IMG/VR virus record: IMGVR_UViG_3300008267_000006
Location: 47,488-111,487 of that record
Direction: 5' to 3' (one strand)
Source: a virus
DNA: 64,000 nt
Below are positions 1 to 9,707 of the stretch, in pieces. How positions within the stretch are numbered: the stretch's first letter is position 1; every line of letters begins with the position of its first letter. A program made the position numbers and the translations under genes. A model generated the notes under the pieces. It made no database searches. It had not been told where the DNA came from and saw nothing but the letters and a program-made list of their open reading frames with translations.

Positions 1-2676
1 ATCAACAAGATCTGGTGTTGTAGTGGTTTTATCTAAAATTACTTTAAAATCATCTAATCCAAATCTTGATTTAACACTTGCAAGGAATGGATTAGCAAGA
101 TCTGTAAATCTTTTCCAAGTAATTTCAACATTTGGATCAAATAGAACAGTCGAAGCCATACGGCTGATTTCTTTCTTAACGTAGATCATTAGACGACGAA
201 CGTTAATTCTATCAAGAGCACTTGGTGTTGCTTGTAGAGTCTTTTGACCAAATACAACAATTCCTTCGCTTGGGAAAGTTGCAATTGGGTTTACGTTTGC
301 TGCATAGAGTAGATCTCTATCTTTTGATGTTAATCTAGTGGCGGTTTGAACAACTGGTAGACCAGCAGCACCGTCGCTTAATCCACCACGATTAAATCCA
401 GCTGGAGCAAACCATAATTCAGTCTTGGCTTGTGAGCTAGAGAAAGTACCTAAAGCAGCAATAGATGGTGGTAACCATACTAGAGCACCATTTGAAGCAT
501 CTCTTGCTTGAACCCATGGGAAAAATGCACATCCGTAGCTTGTATTTAATGAACGAAGTTTTAGTTTATTTAATACATTGCTAATATTTGGTTTACGGAC
601 AGAGGCATCTTCTGTATTTGAAGCTTTTGCTTCTTCTGGTACATAATCACCAACTAGATCAACAATTGCTAGAGCATCTCCTCTTTGTTCACAAATATCT
701 AACATAGTAGAAGTTAGTGATTCGTTTTCAATACTTGGAACAGCTAAAATATTCATTTCAAGTGATTCTGGATCTGATACTGATTGAAGCGCCACTTTAA
801 CACTGTTAAAAGCAACATTGTTAAATTCAGTTTTTCCATCTAATAAATTTTTGCTAAAAGGAGTTCTTACAGTAATATCAAGACCGTCAAAGCCACCTTC
901 TAATGGAAGAGTAAACTTATTAAAGTTTGCTAATAGTATTGATCTACCATCAGATGAAGTTACGTTTGCAGCAGTTAAAGATTTACCAGCTGCTCTGTTT
1001 CCAGCGGCCCAAGTTGGAGTAACAGATTGAACAATTGATCCGCTTGAATATGAAGCAGAAACATCATCTAGAGAGAAGAAAACTGAAGCAGTGGTTGCAG
1101 TATTATATTTTGATTCAACTCTTACTAAATCTAATATATCTTGATTAAATCTTTTTGTTTGAGAAACGTTTGTTTGTAGACCAAAATAGACTGATTGTAG
1201 ATTTGAGCCATAAGAGTTTGCTGCTGAAGTTAGCATAGGTAATTGTGGATATGCAAAGCTAGCAGTATATACTTGATTACCAGTTATTGCAGTGCCGTTA
1301 ACAAATGGTAAAGTTGCTGCTGGTATATTTCCGTTGGTTGCATTAACAGTTTGTGGAGCGTATCTGTTTGCAGTATAAAAACCAAATGGTAATAATGTTG
1401 CATCAGTAATACCTAAATCAACATCTTGATTCATTTTTACTCTGATGTATTTTGAATTATTTGGATTGTTTCCATATTCAATAAATTGCTTTTTTGTATA
1501 ATCCCACTTTGAATATTTGTCACCAATAATTTTTGCAATATAATTTGGTGAAGTTGGATCAAGAGTTAAGTTTGCAAAGACTTCAAGGTATTGTGGTGCT
1601 ACATCCGAATCATTCATTGCTCTAACTGCAACGGTAAAAGTTCCGTATCTAACGTTAACATTGTTTGATTCATTGATATCTTGAATAGAAATTTTAATAT
1701 TTGAGTTAGTCCAAGAATTTTCTGTTAGTCCATAAAATTTAAATAATTTTTGTACTGGATATTCGCCATTTGTAGCAACGAAGGAGCCGGTATCTAAGTT
1801 GGTGTGTTGAGAAACAACCCAGCCAGATTCTGCATCTTGGGCTTGTAGTTCAAAATTTGATAATGCACCCTGTGTTGAAGCTAGAGGAACAAGAACCGCA
1901 GCAAAATTAGTTCCATTTACGCTATTTTTATCTAGCCAAGTTTTAAATGTTGGTCCAAGGAAATATTTCTCTGTTCTATCAGAATAATTTGAATTTGATG
2001 TTAATACTGGGCTGGTATTTAAAACTGTGCGAATATATTTTTTGCTTCCATCGTCAAAATTAACAATTTTTGTTTTTCCATCTAATACAATTTTAAATTC
2101 TGGTGAAGTGCTACCGGCAACGTTACGAACAAAAGCCCCAGTTGCAGCTGATCCTTCTGTGGATCCACTTAGTGGTTTTCCTATTAAACCAACAGTGCCG
2201 ATTCCAGAATCAGTATATATAACAGCTGCAAGAGATGCGGTTGCACCACCGGCTGCTGTTGTATACACATCAGTTGAGCTTGCCGAGATTGGCATAACAA
2301 AAAGTCCGTATGCCTTATCTTTAGACCATCCTGGTGTTCCAGAAGAAGCATTTTCATTTAGATAACCAGCTAACTTTATAAAGGTTAGTGGACCAGAATT
2401 TTTTAAGTATGCTTGTGCAGCATAAGCACCATATGTTGGAGCGGTTGGCATACCACTTCTCCAAACATCTCCATTAACAATACCAGGTGATGGTTGTCCA
2501 AAGATTTGAACGAATTCTTCATAATCTCGTACTTTTACAGCTCTCATGGATGGACCACGAACTGATGTACCAACAACAACTGGTCCAATTCCTTCTGGTT
2601 GTTTGCGTACTCCTGATTCGTCTACTTCATTGGTGAAAACACCGGGACTTACAAACTTAAATTTATCAACTGACAT
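1..2676 (-). CDS. Tail sheath protein (T4 gp18-like), 3' end runs off the window
   Basis: Not in the ORF track; read manually. ATG at 2676 after AGGAG. N-terminus MSVDKFKFVSPGVFTNEVDES...GPSMRAVKVRDYEEFVQIFG. C-terminal part has sheath motifs WFAPAGFNRGGL, VVFGQKTLQ, ALDRINVRRL and DFKVILDKTTTTPDLVD. Confidence 0.95.
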   Translation of the reverse strand, partial: MSVDKFKFVSPGVFTNEVDESGVRKQPEGIGPVVVGTSVRGPSMRAVKVRDYEEFVQIFGQPSPGIVNGDVWRSGMPTAPTYGAYAAQAYLKNSGPLTFIKLAGYLNENASSGTPGWSKDKAYGLFVMPISASSTDVYTTAAGGATASLAAVIYTDSGIGTVGLIGKPLSGSTEGSAATGAFVRNVAGSTSPEFKIVLDGKTKIVNFDDGSKKYIRTVLNTSPVLTSNSNYSDRTEKYFLGPTFKTWLDKNSVNGTNFAAVLVPLASTQGALSNFELQAQDAESGWVVSQHTNLDTGSFVATNGEYPVQKLFKFYGLTENSWTNSNIKISIQDINESNNVNVRYGTFTVAVRAMNDSDVAPQYLEVFANLTLDPTSPNYIAKIIGDKYSKWDYTKKQFIEYGNNPNNSKYIRVKMNQDVDLGITDATLLPFGFYTANRYAPQTVNATNGNIPAATLPFVNGTAITGNQVYTASFAYPQLPMLTSAANSYGSNLQSVYFGLQTNVSQTKRFNQDILDLVRVESKYNTATTASVFFSLDDVSASYSSGSIVQSVTPTWAAGNRAAGKSLTAANVTSSDGRSILLANFNKFTLPLEGGFDGLDITVRTPFSKNLLDGKTEFNNVAFNSVKVALQSVSDPESLEMNILAVPSIENESLTSTMLDICEQRGDALAIVDLVGDYVPEEAKASNTEDASVRKPNISNVLNKLKLRSLNTSYGCAFFPWVQARDASNGALVWLPPSIAALGTFSSSQAKTELWFAPAGFNRGGLSDGAAGLPVVQTATRLTSKDRDLLYAANVNPIATFPSEGIVVFGQKTLQATPSALDRINVRRLMIYVKKEISRMASTVLFDPNVEITWKRFTDLANPFLASVKSRFGLDDFKVILDKTTTTPDLVD

Positions 2677-2717
2677 TATTATGTCTCCTTAATTTCATGG
2701 GAATTACTTTTATTTAT

Positions 2718-2727
2718 TATAAATAGT
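2718..2727 (-). promoter_or_regulatory. Putative late promoter ACTATTTATA upstream of tail sheath
   Basis: Copy of the recurrent intergenic motif, ~40 nt upstream of the ATG at 2676. Confidence 0.65.
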
Positions 2728-2750
2728 AGACTAGTGCTACAAAGTTCTTT

Positions 2751-3257
2751 TTACTTTGAATTAAATACACTTTCTCTTGCTTTAATACATTTGGCTAAAA
2801 TTTCAAATTTATGATCTATTTGCCCAAATAATCTTTTTGATTCATTTAAGGATACTATTTCATAAAACGTATCACCATACAAAACATAATCACCCTCTCT
2901 TACATATAATTCTTGATCTTCGATTAATCTACGTCTATGAAATTTAACAACTATAGAGGTTAAACGATCTATTCCATATGCTTCTGCTGTTGTTTTGCTT
3001 CCTTCCCATTCAATAAGAGCATTTATTTTTATTGGGGAAAGAAATGTTTTTTTAACTGCCTCTCCATATATTGGATGATAATTTGTATGTTCTCTGCTAA
3101 TTGGATAATATATAACAGTTTGTCCAATCACTCTTTCTATTAATTCATCATTTACTTGCTTAACAAGATTTCTCTCCTTTTCTCCAAGAAAAAGAGGAGG
3201 TGGAGGTGATTCTTGTGGAATCTCTGCTATATTTTCTGTTTTCTTTTTTCTTGCCAT
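2751..3257 (-). CDS. Head closure/neck protein (T4 gp14-like)
   Basis: ELIERVIGQTVIYY, YGE, GID and REGD.V motifs; lies between the gp13-like gene and sheath. ATG at 3257 (MARKKK) preferred over the TTG at 3272. Confidence 0.7.
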   Translation of the reverse strand: MARKKKTENIAEIPQESPPPPLFLGEKERNLVKQVNDELIERVIGQTVIYYPISREHTNYHPIYGEAVKKTFLSPIKINALIEWEGSKTTAEAYGIDRLTSIVVKFHRRRLIEDQELYVREGDYVLYGDTFYEIVSLNESKRLFGQIDHKFEILAKCIKARESVFNSK

Positions 3258-3261
3258 AATA

Positions 3262-4533
3262 TTATCCAACAAATATCAAGTTAGGAATAAAGCTTTGAGC
3301 TTTTGATGCTTCTTCCATCATTTTAGCACTTGTCTCGCTTACCTTAGAATAAGTCATCTCTTCTAGCTGAGTCTTTAATTCTTCTCTTAGATCTTTTTGT
3401 TCTTCCTTACCTTCAGAAATAAGTTTATCACCGTTAAGTGTAACTTGTTCTCCTGGAATAGGTATATTTGCAAATTTACTTCTTACTTGCCCAAGCATTT
3501 CTTTGCAAATTGCTAATGCAAATCTACGAATCCATTGTTTACCTATTGAATTAATTTTATCATATGGTAAATTTTGGAATGGCATAGTATTCATATTATT
3601 TATTCCATTTATAGTTGATTTAACTGTTGGATCTGAATTTTTCCAAGCATCAGATGGAATAGAGTATTCAAAAAAGAATTTAGTTGGAGTAGCTGCATTT
3701 GGAACAGGAAATATTCTTAAAATATTATTTCTTAATTGAAACGACCAATCAGAAACTCTTGTTTTAATAGCATCTTCGTATGCCATTGCTTGTAGTTTAT
3801 TTTGCCATGTCGGAACAATTTCAAATGTACTATCATCAGCATATTGTCCATATGTACTTAAATTTCCAACAACATTTAGACCACCAAAATAACCATAAAA
3901 ATTCCAGCTTGCACCAATTGTTTTATAAAATACTTTTTTAATTAATACTTTTTTATTATCAAGAGCAATATTATTAGCAGCGGCTGAAGAACTGACAGCT
4001 TTTTGTAAATCATAATCTTGTTGTCCAACAACAGTATCTATAGATGCTGAATATGTTGGCTCGTTACCATTTAAAGATACCTCGTCATTAACTGAATTTG
4101 CTATGCCTTTTATATATGTAAAACTCATTTTAGGAAATGCAAGATTTGCATTTATATTATCTAATGATCCAGTTATTTGTCCGTCACTGTTAAAAGAACT
4201 TGTTGATTGACCAAGAACAAATGGTAGTGCATTTTTTGATTGATGTAGGTTTATTAAATAGGAATATTCAAGACATGCTTCTTCGTATGCTGCGTGTACT
4301 TGATTTTCAACTAATTCAATATCTAGTACATCTCCACCAAGTTTTTTATATACATACGAAACTTGCTCTACTGAGCCTGTTTTATATTCATTGATTTGTT
4401 CATTTGTCCAATAACTTTCATTAACATATACACCAAAAGGTAAATTAAAATTATTTACATTTATTATGTTCCCTGTTATTGGTAAAATAACTTTGCTCAT
4501 TTGTGATAATGGTGAAAGTACTGGTAGGGACAT
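3262..4533 (-). CDS. Neck/head-tail adaptor protein (T4 gp13-like)
   Basis: KLGGDVLDIEL, WIRRFALAICKEMLGQVRSKF..IPIPG.QVTLNG and terminal IFVG motifs; position downstream of the major capsid gene. Confidence 0.85.
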   Translation of the reverse strand: MSLPVLSPLSQMSKVILPITGNIINVNNFNLPFGVYVNESYWTNEQINEYKTGSVEQVSYVYKKLGGDVLDIELVENQVHAAYEEACLEYSYLINLHQSKNALPFVLGQSTSSFNSDGQITGSLDNINANLAFPKMSFTYIKGIANSVNDEVSLNGNEPTYSASIDTVVGQQDYDLQKAVSSSAAANNIALDNKKVLIKKVFYKTIGASWNFYGYFGGLNVVGNLSTYGQYADDSTFEIVPTWQNKLQAMAYEDAIKTRVSDWSFQLRNNILRIFPVPNAATPTKFFFEYSIPSDAWKNSDPTVKSTINGINNMNTMPFQNLPYDKINSIGKQWIRRFALAICKEMLGQVRSKFANIPIPGEQVTLNGDKLISEGKEEQKDLREELKTQLEEMTYSKVSETSAKMMEEASKAQSFIPNLIFVG

Positions 4534-4560
4534 TATTTTTCCTCAAATAAAATATCATAA

Positions 4561-4627
4561 ATAAATAGTTTTTATAATCTTTTAAAGCAATAAAACATTC
4601 CTTAACTTTATAAAGCTTCTATTTATA
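4561..4627. promoter_or_regulatory. Divergent pair of putative late promoters (ACTATTTAT on minus 4561-4569; CTATTTATA on plus 4619-4627)
   Basis: The motif points toward each of the two divergently oriented genes (4533 minus, 4633 plus). Confidence 0.65.
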
Positions 4628-4632
4628 GTACC

Positions 4633-5190
4633 ATGAAAATAAAAATAAATGAAAAAAAGAAATCAGCAGGTAGAGAAAAATTCTGCAAAAGTAAAGCAAC
4701 AAGAGAATATGGTAAAAAAACAAGCCTATATCGCTCAATGGCGCTTTCAAAATGTAGAAAAGGCAAGATCTGGAAAGAAGCCATAGAAGCTGGTGTTCAA
4801 AGTTCAATTCTAGAAGAACAATTATTATTTGAACTAGAATCTATTAAAGATTTAGGCGACGACACAGCAACTCTTGATGATGGCACACATGTTTGCGAGG
4901 CGTGTCTATATGAGACTTTAACTACTCTTGATGAGAATGTATTAGAGGAAGCTGAATATCATGGTCGCAAGGTTACACTAAATAAACCAATGCGTGGCGA
5001 TGTTAAAAAGTTCAAAGTGTTCGTCAAGGATCCCAAAACAGGTAATGTTAAAAAAGTTAATTTTGGTGATCCTAATATGCGTATAAAGAAAAGCAATCCA
5101 AAACGTCGTAAATCATTTCGTGCTCGTCATCATTGTGAAAACCCTGGTCCTAAAACAAAAAGTAGGTACTGGAGCTGTCGCAAGTGGTAG
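4633..5190 (+). CDS. Basic, Cys-containing phage protein; putative capsid-internal protein
   Basis: Only credible plus-strand gene. C-terminal KKVNFGD...RRKSFRARH.C...YWSC..W domain recognised from T4-like phages; own promoter motif and downstream hairpin. Confidence 0.8.
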   Translation: MKIKINEKKKSAGREKFCKSKATREYGKKTSLYRSMALSKCRKGKIWKEAIEAGVQSSILEEQLLFELESIKDLGDDTATLDDGTHVCEACLYETLTTLDENVLEEAEYHGRKVTLNKPMRGDVKKFKVFVKDPKTGNVKKVNFGDPNMRIKKSNPKRRKSFRARHHCENPGPKTKSRYWSCRKW

Positions 5191-5231
5191 TAGTATTATA
5201 ATTTAAACACACTACATATAGTAGATAAAAG

Positions 5232-5265
5232 AAACCCGCCTGACTCGATAAAGAGGGGCGGGTTT
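5232..5265 (+). terminator. Intrinsic terminator (possibly bidirectional) after the plus-strand gene
   Basis: Inverted repeat AAACCCGCC...GGCGGGTTT with T-rich flanks on both strands. Confidence 0.65.
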
Positions 5266-5321
5266 ATTATTTGTAAAGGGTGTTATGACACATTTTCTTC
5301 TTGGCAGTTCTTATTTAGAAC

Positions 5322-5352
5322 AAAAAAGAACCCCCGGCATTTCTGCCGGGGG
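5322..5352 (-). terminator. Rho-independent terminator after the major capsid gene
   Basis: Minus strand CCCCCGGCA-GAAA-TGCCGGGGG followed by TTCTTTTTT. Confidence 0.9.
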
Positions 5353-5385
5353 CCTTTATTAGCAAACCGCTTGTTTTAAGCTAGT

Positions 5386-7161
5386 TTAGCCTAGTAGATC
5401 TTGAATTACTACAAGACCATACATATCTGGGCGAACCATCGTCTTACCATAACGAGTCATTACAGCCTTACGTGGAACGAAGGTGTTAGGATCGAAAATG
5501 GTTGGGGTGCTTTGTAGTGGTACGTATGGGGCATATACGTAACCGCTTTCTAGGAAGCTACCACCTTTACGACCTACTAGGATTACGTTACGTAGGAAGT
5601 ATGGGTGAACAATGATATCCCATTTCTTGTTTAGATCACCAACACGAACAGCACCTACTGAACCTTTTTCATCGGTTGCAGTTACTGATGCGCGGAAACC
5701 GCTGGTGAATTCAAGAATGTTAGCAACTTCTGGACCACATACAAGGAAGTTAGCTCCACCGCGTAGAGTTTTACGATGGATTAGAGCTGAACAATCATTG
5801 ATGGTTTCAACTAGGGTTTCATACCACATTTGAACGTTACCAGTGAAATCTGGAGGAGCAGCATAACCACCTGATAGGGTTGAACCTAGATCAGCGCCAG
5901 TATCGCGGTTAACAAATTTACCTGGACGACGTGACCAGTATTTGACACCGGCAGTTGCGCCCTTGACTAGATCGTTCATGATTTCTTGATCAATTTCTAG
6001 ACCAATTTGTTCTGATAACATTGAAGTTAGTTCTACTTCAGCATCTAGATTGTGATAAGCATTTAGATCTTGACCTAGTTCTGGAGTCCATGAAGCTTTT
6101 AGCTTACGTGAACGAGCAGTGATTGAGTATGAATCGACTTTTAGTTCGATTTCTGGAATTGCTGAAGAACCTTCCATTGTCCATGGGGTTGCACCAACAA
6201 CAGCACCTAATGCGCTATCACCAACAGCAACAACATTGTCCTTGACTGGGTATGATAGTAATACGTGTGAAGCGGTTACAACTGCGGCTAGAGCAGCATC
6301 ACCCTTAGCAGCAACTACAACTTCTAGTGATTTCGCACCAGTTGAAGGATCAACAAATACTCTTGATAGACGACGAACTAGTTTAGCACTATTTGCTAGT
6401 GAAGAACCAGCAGCATCTTGTTCACCAGCGGCTACCGCACCAGCATTTTGTGCAAATGATACTGAGAATACGTCATTTTCAGCTAGTAGTTGGCTGTTTG
6501 CAATATTAGCAAATGGTACGCGTAGTACTGAAGCTGAAACGTAGTTTGAATCAGTTAGTAGATCTGCATCCCAACGTACTGCTTTTTTATCAGCATCAGA
6601 AGCGGTTGCTAGACCAAACTTGGCTACTTCAACAACGTTTGAAGCAGTGGTTGAAGAGTGATAGCGAGCGGTGTGATAACCGTTTGCCATGTTGTAGAAA
6701 CCTTTTTCAGCATTATCTACACCTTCGATACGAACACCGCCGGTGATTTGTACACCTAGACGATCACCGAAGAATGATTCACCTTTGTTGAATACCTTGT
6801 CACCAGTGTTACCGATATCGCTTCCACGGCGGAAATCCATGAAGAATACTAGACCTGATGGTAGGCTCATTGGTTGTACTGATACTAGATCGTTAGCGAT
6901 TAGACCAGCGAATACACGACGAACGATTGGGAACGCTACTGAGGCAAAGCCTTGTACGTCACCATTTGACATAGTGTTGGTTTCTTTTAGTAGTTCTTTT
7001 GCTTGATTCTCTAGTAGAATGGACATGGTGCTTTTTTGACGAGCATCCTTTAGACCTTCTAGTAGACCGCTCTTTTCCCATTTAGAAACTAGAGCAGCAG
7101 TTTCTTTGAGAGTATTACGTTCAACGATACCCTCGGTTAATTTTTCTAATACGTTACCCAT
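5386..7161 (-). CDS. Major capsid protein (T4 gp23-like)
   Basis: PIVRRVFAGLIANDLVSVQPMSLPSGLVFFMDF, SRKLKASWTPELGQDLNAYH.LDAE.EL, YAPYVPL and PRKAVMTRYG motifs; SD AGGAG. Confidence 0.98.
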   Translation of the reverse strand: MGNVLEKLTEGIVERNTLKETAALVSKWEKSGLLEGLKDARQKSTMSILLENQAKELLKETNTMSNGDVQGFASVAFPIVRRVFAGLIANDLVSVQPMSLPSGLVFFMDFRRGSDIGNTGDKVFNKGESFFGDRLGVQITGGVRIEGVDNAEKGFYNMANGYHTARYHSSTTASNVVEVAKFGLATASDADKKAVRWDADLLTDSNYVSASVLRVPFANIANSQLLAENDVFSVSFAQNAGAVAAGEQDAAGSSLANSAKLVRRLSRVFVDPSTGAKSLEVVVAAKGDAALAAVVTASHVLLSYPVKDNVVAVGDSALGAVVGATPWTMEGSSAIPEIELKVDSYSITARSRKLKASWTPELGQDLNAYHNLDAEVELTSMLSEQIGLEIDQEIMNDLVKGATAGVKYWSRRPGKFVNRDTGADLGSTLSGGYAAPPDFTGNVQMWYETLVETINDCSALIHRKTLRGGANFLVCGPEVANILEFTSGFRASVTATDEKGSVGAVRVGDLNKKWDIIVHPYFLRNVILVGRKGGSFLESGYVYAPYVPLQSTPTIFDPNTFVPRKAVMTRYGKTMVRPDMYGLVVIQDLLG

Positions 7162-7184
7162 TTTATTCTCCTGTAGAATATTTG

Positions 7185-8426
7185 TTATTTTATACCTGCT
7201 AAAATTTTCATACGTTCTGATTCATATGCATCTACCGATACATTTTTTGGTCTAGAGATAAAGCCAGAACTACCACGATTTAATGCTTCGCTTAGTGATT
7301 CTTTTGGTTTCTTATTAGAAATACCTTGCACTGCGCTTTGAAGAGTACCGTAAATTGTTTTTGCTTCTAGAACCGTTTTTGCATTGGAAATGTTTTCAAC
7401 AATATTTTCTTTTTGTCGCTCATTCAGGGAGTTATTTCCAAATACTTTATTAATATATAGTAATTTAGCGTTTGAAAGACTTAATTTTTCTGTATGTTCT
7501 TTAAGAGTTATTAAATTATCTTTTAATTCTTCTACGAGAACAGACATTCTTTTATTATCTTTTATTGATTCTTCTAGTTTACATTCTAGATCTTTTACTT
7601 TTTCTTCTTCCTCTTTACGTCTTTTTTCTTCTTCTTCATCTCTAGCAGCAGCAAATTCAACATTTCTATCAATTTCTTTTTCTGCGCTAGTTTGACCTTT
7701 CCAGCCTCTTAATTGGTGTTTTGGATTTAGGTCAACTTTTAGTTCTTCTTCTAGTTCGTTAATTTCTTCTTCAGATAATTCGAACTCTTCCTCTAAGCTA
7801 GCTGCATCATCTTTTAATTCAGATACAGCATCTGGAGAGACAGTTTCTTCTACTGGGTCTGTTGTTTCGTCTAGTTCAAATTCCATTTCTTCATCAAGCT
7901 CTTCTTGCTCTTCAGTTTCTTCTTGGGAGCAATCACTTTCTTCCATTTCCTCTTTTTCTTCAAAAAGTTCTTCATCAAGCTCTAGTTCTTCTGCGATTGG
8001 AGCAGCTGGAGCTAATTCTGGAGCGGCTTGTTGTTGTTCTGGGGATGAAAGGATAGGAGAACCACCAATTTCACTAGAAAGTTGCTTTTTTAATTTATCA
8101 AAGTCTATAGTTATTAATTCATCATCGTCACCATCAAGAAATGATGATGGTACATCTTCAAATGCCTCATCTTCTTCTGGCTGTTGTGTTTGAGCAGCTG
8201 CATCAGGTACTGGTGGTGCAGCTTGTGCATCTGGAACAGCAGCAGCGGCATCTTCTGGAGTTGTTTCTGGTGTATCTGATGATTGTGGTTCATCTTGCTC
8301 TAATAATTTTAGAGTTTGAGTAAACTCATCCTTATATTTCTCTATTAAGGCTGCTTCTGCGCTTTTTAGTGCTGTTTCTCTGAGTGCAGTTGCATCTGCA
8401 ATGGCTTCTTCTAGCAAATTTGACAT
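7185..8426 (-). CDS. Prohead core scaffold protein (gp22-like)
   Basis: Acidic, low-complexity and coiled-coil, with LSNAKLLY and a terminal RMKILAGIK; directly upstream of the capsid gene. Confidence 0.85.
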   Translation of the reverse strand: MSNLLEEAIADATALRETALKSAEAALIEKYKDEFTQTLKLLEQDEPQSSDTPETTPEDAAAAVPDAQAAPPVPDAAAQTQQPEEDEAFEDVPSSFLDGDDDELITIDFDKLKKQLSSEIGGSPILSSPEQQQAAPELAPAAPIAEELELDEELFEEKEEMEESDCSQEETEEQEELDEEMEFELDETTDPVEETVSPDAVSELKDDAASLEEEFELSEEEINELEEELKVDLNPKHQLRGWKGQTSAEKEIDRNVEFAAARDEEEEKRRKEEEEKVKDLECKLEESIKDNKRMSVLVEELKDNLITLKEHTEKLSLSNAKLLYINKVFGNNSLNERQKENIVENISNAKTVLEAKTIYGTLQSAVQGISNKKPKESLSEALNRGSSGFISRPKNVSVDAYESERMKILAGIK

Positions 8427-8465
8427 TAATTAGTCTCCTATCAACGACTAAAAACAGTTTTTTTA

Positions 8466-8475
8466 TATAAATAGT
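8466..8475 (-). promoter_or_regulatory. Putative late promoter ACTATTTATA upstream of scaffold-capsid operon
   Basis: Recurrent motif 40 nt before the ATG at 8426. Confidence 0.65.
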
Positions 8476-8506
8476 GCTTTAATACATCAATTGACTATTA
8501 TAATAG

Positions 8507-8809
8507 CTATTGACGATTATTTATATTTTTATTTATTGTTTTTTTCTTCTTTTTTGATTTTTCTTCTACTTCTGACATTAAATCTTTGTTATGTTTTTGA
8601 GCGTTTCTCTTATATCTCTCTCTTTTTTCACGCTCTTTGACACTTTTCTTCACAAATCTTCTATTCCAAGCACAATTATCATATAAATATTGAACTAAAG
8701 ACTCTTTGCTACAAGCTTTAATAAATTTCTTAATTAACTGATCTGTGCTTTCTTCAGTTGGTCTTACATGATCTGGAAGTTTTACTTCTAAATGTACTGC
8801 TCTACCCAT
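8507..8809 (-). CDS. rpsU: Phage-encoded ribosomal protein bS21 homologue (divergent)
   Basis: Manual alignment to bS21: LEVKL..EESTDQLIKKFIKACSKESLVQ...RRFVKKSVKEREKRER versus V.V...E..D.ALRRFKR.C.K.G......R..Y.KP...R. Basic tail. Location among head genes matches known phage bS21 genes. Confidence 0.75.
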   Translation of the reverse strand: MGRAVHLEVKLPDHVRPTEESTDQLIKKFIKACSKESLVQYLYDNCAWNRRFVKKSVKEREKRERYKRNAQKHNKDLMSEVEEKSKKKKKTINKNINNRQ

Positions 8810-8815
8810 ATTGTC

Positions 8816-9265
8816 CTATTCTTTCTTGCTATTTCCCATAGCACTGTTTAATAAATTCCAAGATTGTTTATTTACATTCATTAATCTGGATATATCCACA
8901 CCAGATCCTTGAATTCCTTCATAAATTTTATTTTTATCTGTTTCTTCGTGCATTTCTGCTGATTCTTGTTCTTCGGCAGTTAAATCAACACCAGAAAACG
9001 GATCAAATCCAGGCATACGAATTTCTTCTAAAAGTTTATTTTTTCTTTCTTGAATAGAAATTTGCGGAGTTGGCGTGTTTTTTTGAATAAATTGACGCTC
9101 TTTTAATTCATAATTTTGTTTTGCTGGAGATGTATCTCTAATTGGCGCGGTATTTTGTACGTTTTCCTGTACGATCCTCATCAAACCTTCTTCATATAGA
9201 ATTTCTTTTATACATTCTTTAATGATTGGTTTCATAACTTTTTTTAATTCTTGTACTTTTGACAT
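8816..9265 (-). CDS. Hypothetical protein with LKK..KPIIKECIKE.L.EE N-terminus (putative head-associated)
   Basis: 149-aa ORF with SD GAGG; late motif ACTATTTA at 9284-9291 upstream. Confidence 0.7.
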   Translation of the reverse strand: MSKVQELKKVMKPIIKECIKEILYEEGLMRIVQENVQNTAPIRDTSPAKQNYELKERQFIQKNTPTPQISIQERKNKLLEEIRMPGFDPFSGVDLTAEEQESAEMHEETDKNKIYEGIQGSGVDISRLMNVNKQSWNLLNSAMGNSKKE

Positions 9266-9311
9266 CTTAACCTCGTTTTGTTTTAAATAGTTTTATATTA
9301 TACAATATCCT

Positions 9312-9707
9312 TTAATATGCAGTAAAATAATAACCATATAAAGTTAATTCAAATACAAGATTTGTAGAATCAGTTGAAGCAGTTGTATTTTTCATATAGA
9401 TACTTGTACCGCGAGAAACAATAAGACTATCAGAACATTCATCTCTTCCATATCCATTTACTGTAGTTGGATATGTAATAGAAGCAATATTATTATACGT
9501 ATTAGCAACTGTTCCAAGTGTCATAATTAAACCGGTGGATATAGTGCCTGATATATGTTTTAATGTAGCATAATAAGGCATAAATGCTGATATTCCGGTA
9601 GACGGAGGTGTATAAAATATTTCTGATCTATTTAGAGTTGACATAGTGGTTACTATTCTTGAATAGCTAAATAAATTTTTATGAGTTAGACCTGCTAAAT
9701 AAGCCAT
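9312..9707 (-). CDS. Small beta-rich virion protein, paralogue 3 of 3
   Basis: Thr/Ser-rich, F.P motif and C-terminal L.LYGYY; stop/start overlap with the upstream gene. Confidence 0.65.
   Translation of the reverse strand: MAYLAGLTHKNLFSYSRIVTTMSTLNRSEIFYTPPSTGISAFMPYYATLKHISGTISTGLIMTLGTVANTYNNIASITYPTTVNGYGRDECSDSLIVSRGTSIYMKNTTASTDSTNLVFELTLYGYYFTAY

Noticed and set aside
5191-5385. Possible tRNA or ncRNA in the largest intergenic gap
   Set aside because: No cloverleaf or T-loop consensus; the two hairpins are explained as terminators of convergent genes.
8495-8506. 12-bp palindrome CTATTATAATAG after bS21
   Set aside because: Almost all A/T in an AT-rich genome and seen only once; chance occurrence cannot be excluded.
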